From Cystobasidiomycetes sp. EMM_F5 (taxonomy: Eukaryota): 32,787 nucleotides of DNA. Below the pieces are notes generated by a model. That model did not search any database and was not told the DNA's origin. It worked only from the letters and a program-made list of their open reading frames with translations. Both the position numbers and the translations under genes were made by a program. Within the stretch, counting starts at the first letter, position 1, and the number at the start of each line of letters is the position of its first letter. Positions 1 to 9,730 of this stretch are shown piece by piece. The stretch spans positions 1 to 32,787 of the forward strand of contig JBPGPT010000065.1 of the NCBI GenBank assembly GCA_051047955.1, read 5' to 3'.

Positions 1-184
1 GCGGTCGCTTTCCCGACTGCACTCCGCCCGACTCGACCCCCTCTCGACCTCGAGTCCCTCTTCGAGATCCTTCGAGAGACCTCAGCCCTTTCGACTCTTC
101 CCCCCAACCTTCGAGTCGGTCTCGACTACTTCGAGACTCACCCGAGTACCTCGAGTCTACCCCAACTAGGGTCGGGTCGTGACA
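1..184. mobile_element. Terminus of a nested LTR-like element (ends ...GGGTCGTGACA) inserted into the gypsy integrase; continues beyond the window start
   Basis: TCGA-rich non-coding sequence ending in TGACA. The minus-strand integrase frame (...[11 protein letters not shown]) breaks exactly at 185/184, where TGTCACGACC begins. Confidence 0.75.
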
Positions 185-1372
185 TAGACCGTGTGGCTTC
201 CAAATATGTGTCAGGAATTGGTTGGCTACTGTTCGCGCAGTATCGTTGCCATGTGCCGGAATGAAATGTGCCATCTTCGTTAGTCGGCATACTACTACTA
301 AAATATAGTTGTAGCCGGAAGACCGAGGTAAGTCTTGAATGTGATCCATGGAGAGGGACAACCAGGGTCCCTTTGGCACTGGCAGTGGAACAAGTAGTCC
401 GTATGGTTTGTGGTGTGTGGGTTTGCCTCGCTGACAAACTTCGCAGGAGTTGATATACTCATTGACAAAGCGTCGCATCTTTGGCCAGAAGTAGCTTCGT
501 CTGAGGAGCTGAAGTGTCTTTTCCTGTCCTGGATGGCCGGAATCGTTGGAATCGTGGGCGGCTTGTAAAACACGAATGCGCAACGGCTCGTAATCGGGCA
601 CGTAGACGCGCTCGCGTGCTAGTAAGAGGCCATCCCGAAGAGACCATGCCATGTCCTGGTCGTCGTCGCGATTGGCGCCTAGTTCTTCGATGATCTCTTG
701 GATGACTGGATCCCTGCGTTGATACTCCTTGATGTCAGGAAGCAGCGTGGAAGTTGTGTCCCGGAAAACAATGCGAGTGGCAGACAGGGACTGTTCTGCA
801 GGGCTGCACGGCGGAGCTGCTGCGCGGCGGAGCGGCGGCGCATCGGAGCTGCGGAGCTGCGCCGCTGCTGCGCTGCTGAGCTGGGCCGATGTAACCTCGG
901 TGAAAGAGCTGGCGGACGAAAGCGTCTCGTCCGAGGGGCTATCCTCAGTGTCGGCATCGTTTCCTAATGAGCTATCATCGTCATATATGTACTTTTCCGG
1001 GCGAAGAAGGATCAAAGGCGCGCTTTCGGAAGCCTTACCCCCGGGTTCGAAATCGGGACGACGACTTAGTGCATCTGGCTTACCGGACGCCGAACCTGGA
1101 CGATATCTGATGATATATTTGTGATGGTTTATCTTTTCGGACCAACGAGCCTGACGGCGCGTGAGGGTCTTGGATGTCTGGAAGTACTGCAGGGCTTGAT
1201 GATCCGTCAATATGTGGAATGGATCTGGTAGTCCTTCCAGGTAGTGTCGCCAAGCATTCACCGCACTGATGATTGCCAACAATTCTTTGTCGTGTATTTC
1301 GTAGTTGCGTTCTGCTGGATTCATTTTCCGCGAGTAGAAGGCAACGGGATGCAGTATTTTGCCATGATCTGA
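185..1372 (-). pseudogene. pol: pol 3' part: truncated RNase H, linker and N-terminal integrase
   Basis: Manual translation of a frame absent from the ORF track gives [40 protein letters not shown] and KPDALSRR (RNase H), then [11 protein letters not shown]...CEVCQR (HHCC) and SMDHI...[14 protein letters not shown] (IN core). It is out of frame with RT. Confidence 0.92.
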
Positions 1373-3068
1373 TATCCTTCTTGAGTAGTCGAGTCAATGG
1401 GGATATGGTCCGAGAGTATCCTTCGATGAAGCGCCGGTAGAAGTTTGCAAAGCCTAGAAATTGTTGCAGTTCGCGTACTTTCGTAAGAGTTGGCCAGTCT
1501 AGCACGGCATCGACTTTATCTTGGGCCATGCGTAGACCGTTGTCGCTGACGATGAAACCGAGGAATTCCGTTTGTGTAACATTGAACTCGCATTTCTCGG
1601 CTTTACAGAAAAGATTATTCTCGATGAGTCTGGCCAAGACAGCACAAACATGCAGTTCGTGCTCATCTGCATCATTCGAGAATATCAAGATGTCGTTCAA
1701 GTAGACGAGGACGAATAGATCCAGCATGTCACGCAGGACATCATTCATGAAATGTTGAAAGACAGCTGGAGCATTCGTCAACCCGAACGGCATCACAAGA
1801 CATTCGAAGTGGCCGTAGCGGGTGCGAAATGCCGTTTTCCATTCTTCGCCTTCCTTGACCCGAACAAGGTTATATGCCCCGCGAAGGTCAAGTTTAGTGA
1901 AGAAACGAGCATCTTTGAGTCTATCCATAGCTTCGGGAATCAGGGGTAGTGGATAGCGATTCTTGATCGTAATATTATTCAGTCCACGGTAATCCACGCA
2001 CAGTCGGAGGCTTCCGTCCTTTTTCTTTACAAACAGGATAGGAGCTCCGCAAGGTGACGTGGAGGCCCGTATGAACCCCTTGGAGAGGTTTTCCTCGAGC
2101 CATTCAGACAGAGCTTTTAGCTCGACTTGAGACAGGGAATAGAGCGGGCCAAATGGTGGAGATTTGCCCTCTTCCAGCGGAATAGACAAGTCGTAGGACC
2201 GATGTGGCGGCAAAGAATCGGCTTTCTTCTTGCTAAAAGCTTCCAGGAAGTCATGATACTGAGCTGGTACGATCTTTCGCGGCTCATTCACATAGTCAGG
2301 AGGATCTGACGAAGTAGTGGAGAAAGTCTCCTGTGACTGGCTGTCGGATGTCGGTATATCTGTAAAGCGTTGGCTAGCAGCAGCATTGAGTTGTGCTGGT
2401 ACTTTACCAAGAGAGACGTGGCCATCGGCGTCATGACTGTAGAACAAGACACCATGGTTGGATGTGTCGCCTTCGACACATGTCTCCCATTCCGATGCGT
2501 TCAGGAAACAGATGTCCATTCCTTGGACTGCGTCTGTCTTTGGCCGGGGAACTAGAGGAACTCCGTTAACTGAAACACCTTGAGGGTGAACGGAGGTCGA
2601 TAGAAGTACTGAACCTTTCCGCCAATTGATGGTTGGATTGGCGAGGCGTAGCCACGGGATTCCTAGAATGACTGGACAGCTACCTAGCTGGGTACAGTCA
2701 AATGACAAGAGTCGCTGAGACCCAGCGATCTCCGTCATTACCGAAACGTCATGTGTAACGTCGCCAGAAGCGATTGGTCGACCGTCAATGACATATAGAG
2801 AGACAGGCTCCATTTTCTCTTCCATTCGCAGCATATGCTTGTCGGCGAAGGCAGAGTCGATGAAGTTGTTTGTCGCACCGCTATCTATCATAGCGTGTGT
2901 TGACACCGAGATGGTAAGAGACCTTGTGTGCGATTGATGAATGGTGACCGGAATGACAACAGGGCTAGATTGAACGCTCAACAGTGGTTGTACTAGTGCT
3001 GTGCTGACAGTATGGACGTCCGGGCGAGGAGTCTCTGAGGGGCCGTCCTTGTACCTCAGGGCTGATCG
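1373..3068 (-). pseudogene. pol: pol 5' part: aspartic protease and reverse transcriptase
   Basis: MIDSGAT protease motif; RT motifs [38 protein letters not shown]. The catalytic YxDD reads YLND. Confidence 0.95.
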
Positions 3069-3074
3069 TTTCCC
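3014..3074 (-). other. -1 ribosomal frameshift signal (G GGA AAC) with downstream pseudoknot
   Basis: Heptamer at 3074-3068, three codons before the gag stop. The -1 frame runs open into pol. Stems CTGAGG/CCTCAG and GGACG/CGTCC are interleaved. Confidence 0.85.
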
Positions 3075-4058
3075 GAACGTTTAGTTGGAGTTGTCTTGAC
3101 GGTCATCGCAGGTCCAGACAGTGTAGCTCGAAGACGACCGAAAGGTCGCTTAGTGGTCTGCTTGGCTGGGCAGGCGGTAGCTCGATGACCTGGTTGACCA
3201 CAATAGAGGCAGAGATTGTTGTCGTAGCGCCTCTTGCGTTCCTTGTCATCGAGTGGCTTGAAACGAGCACTAGAGGTCGAGTCTATGTCCATGGAATCGG
3301 AGGCCATCACTCGAGTTGGTCCTGATATCTTGATTTGGGGAGCAAAGCGATGAGTTCCAGACGAGGTATGTCCTTTGTTGACTGGACGAGGTCGCTGAGT
3401 GTCCCTTGGATGATCGTTCTTATGGTCATGCAGTCGGATGTCAATACGGACGCACCAAGACTTGAATTCGTCGAAGTCAGTTGGCTCTAGCTCGGCCGGG
3501 AGATCTGCCATAGCATCCTTGACAGACTCCTTGAGGCCATCGTATAAGTATTCTTTGAGGGCTTCGTCACCGATGGACAAGTACTGTGCATAATTCTCGA
3601 ACTTGGTTCGGTAGCTGGAGGCAGAAGATGTCTGACGGAGTCCCTTAATGCGTCGAAGCATTGTCTTCTTGAGTTCAGGGTCACCCAAAGCATTGGTGAG
3701 TGCCTGACAGAAGAGGTCAAAGTTGTGCAGTACGGGGTCTTCTGAATGGTTCATCTTAGGTTCGAACCATTGGAAAGCTTTCTCTCGAAGGTATGTTGCA
3801 GCGAAGAGTAGCGAAGAGTCCCTTGGACTCTTCGTCGGGGAAGACGCTGATGTTTCCAGAGATGTACAGCTTCGTTTGAGCGACGAACGTGTGACAGGCA
3901 TTTCTGTCACGGCCGTTGTACTCGGATGGTTTGTTGAGGAGTTTACCAAGCGATACGGGGATTGTCGCAACAATTGGGGTCGGTTCGGCTGTGAAGGTTG
4001 GGATGGCTCCTTCATTGATGATGGTAGCAGGTATACCGATGTTGTTGATGTTCTCCAT
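3056..4058 (-). pseudogene. gag: gag (capsid-like domain and CCHC zinc knuckle), frameshifted
   Basis: ATG at 4058 opens MENIN...KPSEYNGRDRNACHTFV. The frame switches at a 10-bp duplication (3800-3819) to FAATYLREKAFQWF...CLYCGQPGHRATAC, stop at 3056. Confidence 0.92.
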
Positions 4059-4111
4059 GGAGAGTCTTGATTACTTGGAACGTAGACGAGCACCGAACAG
4101 GTACGAGTCGG

Positions 4112-4122
4112 AGTTCAGATCT
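4112..4122 (-). other. Primer binding site, self-priming (Tf1-like)
   Basis: AGATCTGAACT lies 3 nt inside the LTR end and is the exact complement of 11 nt within the LTR (4342-4332). Confidence 0.8.
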
Positions 4123-4125
4123 TGC

Positions 4126-4560
4126 TGTCACGGCGGGACTTCTCAGGGCTAACAGGTACTAGATACTAGTACTGACCGAATAGTCCTAAGTGTCAGGCCA
4201 ACTAGGCAGGGGGTTTATACTCGTAGGTGGTCGGACTTCAGAGTACTGGGTTGCTAGGGTTCAGAATCTTCTTAGAGTGCTAGAGTAAGGCGGAAGGTTG
4301 CTAGAGCTGGATTACTGTAGTATTAGACCACAGATCTGAACTGGAGAAAGAAAGCTAAGATACATCTTGTACAATGGCTTCCTTTTATACTTTGGGTTTA
4401 CGTAAAAGTCGCGTCTGGTCATTACCTAATGTAGTGACGCGATGTTACTATTATTGGATTAAGGCGCCATTATGACGCCATTATGACTAAGAGTTCATGA
4501 CTAAATGCTAGGTACCTAAGAGTCGAGATTGCGCCAGGATCGGATGACGTGTATATGACA
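4126..4560 (-). repeat. 5' LTR (about 435 bp)
   Basis: TGTCA...TGACA termini, an internal TATAAAAG, and position directly upstream of PBS and gag. The outer edge could instead be 4594 (TGTAATAC); the partner LTR is not in the window. Confidence 0.75.
4382..4389 (-). promoter_or_regulatory. LTR TATA box (TATAAAAG)
   Basis: Consensus TATA about 40 nt upstream of the inferred transcript start near 4342. Confidence 0.6.
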
Positions 4561-4740
4561 CCTTCGGAGAAGACCAGGTATTCGAGGTATTACAGTGGCT
4601 CTGCTTTATGCTGTTTGCGTCCCTGCACTTCTAGGCAGACGTCTCCTCTTGACGAGGCGCCAATCCCGTTGTCGTGCTGGCCTGCAGGCTTGTTGTCTTG
4701 AAGCGCATGCCTACACGACGGTTAAGCCTCATAGTTTGTG

Positions 4741-4925
4741 GCTGCGGAGCTGCTGAGCTGCGGAGCTGCTGAGCTGCGGAGCTGCTGAGCTGCGGCGCTG
4801 AGGAGCTGCTGAGCTGCGGCGCTGCGGAGCTGCGGAGCTGCGGCGCTGCGGCGCTGAGGAGCTGAGGAGCTGAGGAGCTGAGGAGCTGAGGAGCTGCGGC
4901 GCTGCGGAGTTGAGGAGCTGCGGAG
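4741..4925. repeat. Minisatellite of GCTGCGGA/GCTGAGGA/GCTGCTGA 8-mer variants
   Basis: Directly visible tandem array. Confidence 0.95.
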
Positions 4926-5027
4926 GTCCAGAGTCGGCAATCGGTTGTTGGAGTTGCCGGTAGTCATGTACTTCGGGGAGATGAGCCCCGCATATAACAG
5001 GTCTCATCTCTCCTTTGTACCAGCAAC

Positions 5028-5501
5028 ATGCCGACTTTATATGAGGACCTTGACCGTATCCTGCCGAAGGTCGTACCCGCGCATCTCGAGGAGATTGTGT
5101 TCGGAGCATACGTTGCTTGCGGGCGCTGCTGCCCGTGGGTCAAGACCGGGCGTCTCCGACCCGACGGACAGCCGGACCAACAGCGCATTGAAAAGCATAA
5201 GTGCGAGATCTCTTATTCCCGCGAGTGTAACCAAAAGCGCACATCCTGCAATGCCTGCCGCCAGGCCGGTAAGAAGTGCGATAAAGAATTCCCCACACCC
5301 TAGGAGATGCTATACCGTCTTATTCGATACTTCCGCAAGATGAAAAATCCACTTTCTGCATTCGATGAACTACCACGTCTTCCGCGAGGCTATTCCTATC
5401 TATACGACGCTCAAGGTCATATTCGAGTATTGCGAGAAGTAACTGGGCAAACTGTGCATAACATGGAATGGCAGCTTGACGGCGCAGAATCTTTCAATTA
5501 A
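5028..5501 (+). pseudogene. Small Cys-rich, Zn2Cys6-like protein with an in-frame TAG at 5301-5303
   Basis: ORFs 5028-5303 and 5307-5501 share one frame. Motifs ACGRC...KHKC...CNACRQAGKKC. Confidence 0.5.
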
Positions 5502-6934
5502 GCTTGTGAGTCATCCTACTACCTCAACGCCTGAGGAGCCTGACAGGATGGGAGTCGACGCGATTCGAGGGGAAGTGTGCTGGTTGTGCCTGGGTTCGAG
5601 AGTGGTCGAGTGGAGTGGTGAAGTGTCGAGAGATGTACAAGTGGATTAGAGGCCAGAGATGCGTGTAGTGGTCGTAAATGATGTCGAAGGTACAGAAGTG
5701 AAGTCGAGAGTATATCGAGTGAGCCAGCCTACTCGAAGTGGACATTGAGTCTTCGAGTGAGGTTCGAGTGAGGTTCGAGTTGCTCCAACTGAGTCGAGGC
5801 ATGACATTTGCGGTGAGTCTCAAAACCACCGCACGCGAGCAGCAAACAAAACAAACCAAAAAAAACCGGCAAAAACAAACAAGCGGCCTAGCTTGTAGAA
5901 GACCATCGTTAACCTGACATCAGCAACGATTGAAGCTCGCGTCGATCAGGCCGGCCTCACGCGCGCGGATCATCGCGCGCAACGGAGCGGATGGGAAAAA
6001 GTGGAGTGAACCATTACTCATTTAATATGCATTCTACGCTTAGTCAGAGTGACAGCCTCAACAGACAAAGCAGCACGGCATTCTTGAGTCATGATGCGAT
6101 CACAGTCGCGCTGGCATTCCCGTCTCGGAGCCCCCGTATGGTACAGTATCGCCATACTTGGTTCTGTAAGAGCTGCCATCACCTGCGCGGGCGGGGACAG
6201 CAGATGTCTTCGCTCGTCCTCACGGCCAAATAATCGCCACTACAGTACGGTAGTAACTCGAGACTAGTGAGGAAAACCCAGCAACGGACATTGCCAGATA
6301 GGAAATAGTCCGCAATATGTCTGTGCTCGTGGCTGTACATGCAATGAGGATGTCGCAAACGCCAGAATGCCATTGAGAGTATATTTTGCTTTGACAAGAG
6401 ATCTCTTCGAGACGGTCAAGTTGCGGGTGGCAATGCTGAGCGACGGTGTTGTTTTGATCAGGAGCTGAACTCTCTATTGCCATCAGTCTGGAGCAGATAT
6501 GGCGACTCGACGAAGTGATGATTGTCGGCGACAAAGACATGCTTCGACTCTGGCGGACATGATACCGGATTGGACCAGCGCAATGAGACGTCGGCAGTAA
6601 CATGGAGATGATACGACGGCTGGGACATCTTGCGGACGTGATTGCCGAGTCTGACAGCACACTCTGCATCACAATGGGCATCCTGTTACCTTCTCAAAGT
6701 CACAGCTCCATCCCATCGCTTTCCCACGGCTTTTGCATTGAGTTTGGATCAAAAACCTACAGCGACAAAAGCCAGACCTACTTCAAAAAAGATTGCGTAG
6801 CAACTATTGAAGCTTTGACGGACGTGCTGCATCCTACACAGTGAAATTTTGTTCAGTCTCCAGCCTTACCCACTCTTGCATACAGAAACCACAGACGGTG
6901 TATCCATAATCTACTCCACTCAGCCCAAGTCACA

Positions 6935-9222
6935 ATGACACGAATCCTCCGTAGCATGGCTTCGCGAAAAGGGGCCATTTCCTCAATTACACATGTCCCG
7001 ATGGCACCAACGACAACAACAGCGACAATATCGCGCAGCAAGCAAACCGCTCTGACCAAGTAGGGCATGTTTGCTGGTATGGGAAGAAGGCTGCTATGGC
7101 TGACTGACGTTGCGTAGTCAGCGCAATCCTGTGAAGCCCGTGGTAACATCCGTGCGAATCACAAGAAGGTGGGTATATCTGCACCCATCGGAGTCAATCA
7201 TCTCCGCTCTAGCTTAACAATCTTCTTTCAGCATGTCTGCGAAGCAAAGAGCTGAAATGACTGGCCAAACGCAATGGATGTCGGGCTCCAACTTCGTTGC
7301 TCAGGGCTCTGTCTCATCAAAGTCGCTTCCGCCAATTGCACCAGCACCGAAAAGGGTAATTATCACTGTCGAAATACCTACAAAGCGCAGGTGAGCAGCG
7401 AGTACAAAGGAACTCGTCATGTGCATGTTTGACCCAACTTATACGTCATTCAGTTATCAGCCGCCAATGCCCGTAACGTCGAGGGTTCGCGGTCCTGGTG
7501 CGGATGCCGACATCAGTAATCAAGAAAATAGCAATGCAATGATGCCTACCTCATTAACATCAAGGATTGACCGCCTTCCCCTCGCTGTTCTTGCTCCTCC
7601 AATAACAGCTCGTGGCGACATTGCACTCGCAATCAGAAATGCTACACGTAAGCAACGGCAAGCAGACAATTCGGTTATTGCGCAGAAACAAAGGCGAGCA
7701 CTTATCTTGCGGGAACCTCTTTGGCTAGCCATCTGACTTGCATCCACAAATCAGAACAGCAGCCGCACCAGTATCCCCTCGAGCGCAAGCTGATCCAATA
7801 AAGGCCGACCATGACTCGATCTACGAATCTCAGGCTTCTTCAGGCCCGCAACATCGGAGAAGAATGAGCAGCAAACGGTTAACGTCGTTTAATGGCAATG
7901 ACGACGAGGCAGTGATGGTAGTTGCGGTTGCTCCAGCGATGCGACCAGCGGAGACCGCAAAAGGGACCGCGAAACATATCAGAGTAACGACCTCACAAAG
8001 AGCACCTTCCTCGCATGCGCTGGTGGGAGCATCCGGCCTGTTTGGAACTTCTGCCATCGCAGTCGACAAGCGACCAAGCCTGACTCGGAAACCAAGACAC
8101 GCTGCCACTAGAAAGCGAATGATGCTATCGACTGATAATGCCAAGATGGCGAGAGAATCCACCTCTCAAAGTAGCACGTCATTATCATCCGCGACTTCAA
8201 AAAGCAAACGGGCATCGAATGTCACTCCTGTTGAGGGTGGGAGATACGATACGCCAAGCGCCGGCATGCAAAAAAGTCCAACGCGTCGCAGAAGCAAGTT
8301 GCGCAAAGCGGATCCGTATGTCGAGCCATACGAGAGGTCGCAGTCGTGAGTCGAGCCTACTTGTATCATATGTGGAAGCTGACTGGGTTCGCCAGTCCGC
8401 TTCGAACAACAAGAAATACGCATGAGACGCACATAAACACCAGCCACCCAATATCGAATGCCGCTAATGCAGCGATGTGGGTACTCAGTTAACCGCCTTG
8501 CAAAGTCTTTGACTGATTGCTGAAACAGCGAAGTAAGCCATGGTGGTGGAAACCAACCCCGAGCCGGACTTGTCTCACTAGTCCAGGCTATACCCACCCC
8601 GAAGCAGACCACAGGTAGAGCTCGCAAGACTAGACACGCTGGACCCCTGGCTCGTCCCGCTGGCGGCCGCGTGGAGCTTCTAACACAAACGCGAAGGAGA
8701 CAGGCTGTGAAGGATATTCTCACTGCAAAAAACTTTGCGCAATGGAATCCACACTTGTCGGAGGAACAGACGCTTGCGCTCACCAGGCAGGATCTGCCAA
8801 TTTGGCCCGAAGATCAGCCAGTCTTTCATCCCTACGCCGCTCCTAAGCCGTTACTTGGACATGGTCAGAAACGAATCGACGGAGTCAAGTTTGCCGTTCA
8901 CAGACTAACTTACGCTACACACCACAACAAGATTATAGCGAAGGATGACGTTAGTCACCTTATGGACTGTGGCATCTTGTCTGGACGCAATATCAACCCT
9001 CTCCATCTCGCGCAGGAGAGTAATGACGACAATCAGGTCAGAAAGGGCCATCACAAGCTTATGCGTATCCACGGACAAGTTTTGACCGACGCATGTTTTG
9101 GTATTCATGCTGATGCTAGATGTCGAAGATGGAACAAAGCTGGGATTCCCCAGCCTGCAATTGATCAGCTGGATGCCTTGTCGGAGGCAGAGAGACGAAA
9201 GGGAGCTCGGGCATTAGAGTGA
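6935..9222 (+). CDS. 646-aa protein: disordered S/T/R/K-rich N-terminus plus C-terminal His-Cys box (His-Me finger) endonuclease-like domain
   Basis: Exons 6935-7059, 7118-7168, 7232-7390, 7454-7693, 7755-8345, 8396-8476 and 8529-9222 splice into a 1941-nt open frame. The last exon encodes VHRLTY...VSHL...NPLHLAQESNDDNQVR. Confidence 0.72.
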
Positions 9223-9730
9223 TGAGACGTACGTCCATTCGTCGCTGGCTTTTCTATGTGTTGTACACCCGCCGGCGGGAGTTTTTGAACATGCCCATGA
9301 TAACACCTTCATGCATACATACATTGTATTACGTGAGTAACAAACGGCGATAGTACACTTACTCAACTTAAGCTGTCTGATACACATGTGGTAGTTCCGT
9401 AACAGCAAGATAAAAAGCTCAAGGGCCGGCATACTCGCGTCATCCTGATTGCATCGACAAGCTGGGGGTCTGCCGCCGTCGCTAGGTATCGCTACAATCA
9501 AAATTGCGGCGCTTTCAGACGGTGCCCCATACAGCTGCAGTGCAGCAGCTACAATGTGCGCCGAACTGCCTTTCTTCCTGTGAATTAATGAATGATTCGA
9601 CTCGGTGCCGGAAATCATGATCCGCAGGCAGCAATCTCCGGCGGTAGCGCAACGGGAAGGCAGCGCAGCCGAACGACGACGCTATACACGCTGGATGTCT
9701 GTTTATCCAAATACGTTCGGAATTGCACTG

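Larger units (their letters stand above)
185..4560 (-). mobile_element. Ty3/Gypsy LTR retrotransposon, decayed and interrupted at its 3' side
   Basis: Order on the minus strand is LTR, PBS, gag, PR, RT, RH, IN. RT-RH-IN order is diagnostic of Ty3/Gypsy. Confidence 0.95.
4561..5806. mobile_element. Remnant of a second element, target of the gypsy insertion; terminus ...GAGGCATGACA at 5806
   Basis: TCGA-rich tract 5550-5806 whose last 32 nt align with 151-184. It contains a GCT repeat tract and a small disrupted ORF. Confidence 0.55.

Noticed and set aside
138..1124. Short ORFs overlapping the integrase and linker
   Set aside because: Alternative-frame or antisense shadows of the RH-IN frame.
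1080..1372. C-terminal ~95 aa of the 633-aa pol ORF in the track
   Set aside because: Out-of-frame run-on after the deletion; the real RNase H sequence is in another frame.
184..4560. 1-184 as the 3' LTR of the gypsy element
   Set aside because: No similarity to 4126-4560 beyond the terminal few bases, no polypurine tract, and it cuts the integrase mid-domain.
4741..4925. CRISPR-like array
   Set aside because: Tandem 8-mers with no unique spacers, in a eukaryotic context.
4722..5109. ORFs with SSAAPQ repeats
   Set aside because: Artefacts of the stop-free minisatellite.
5991..6844. Possible gene upstream of the endonuclease gene
   Set aside because: Only short ORFs with no motif; I could not build a consistent exon chain.
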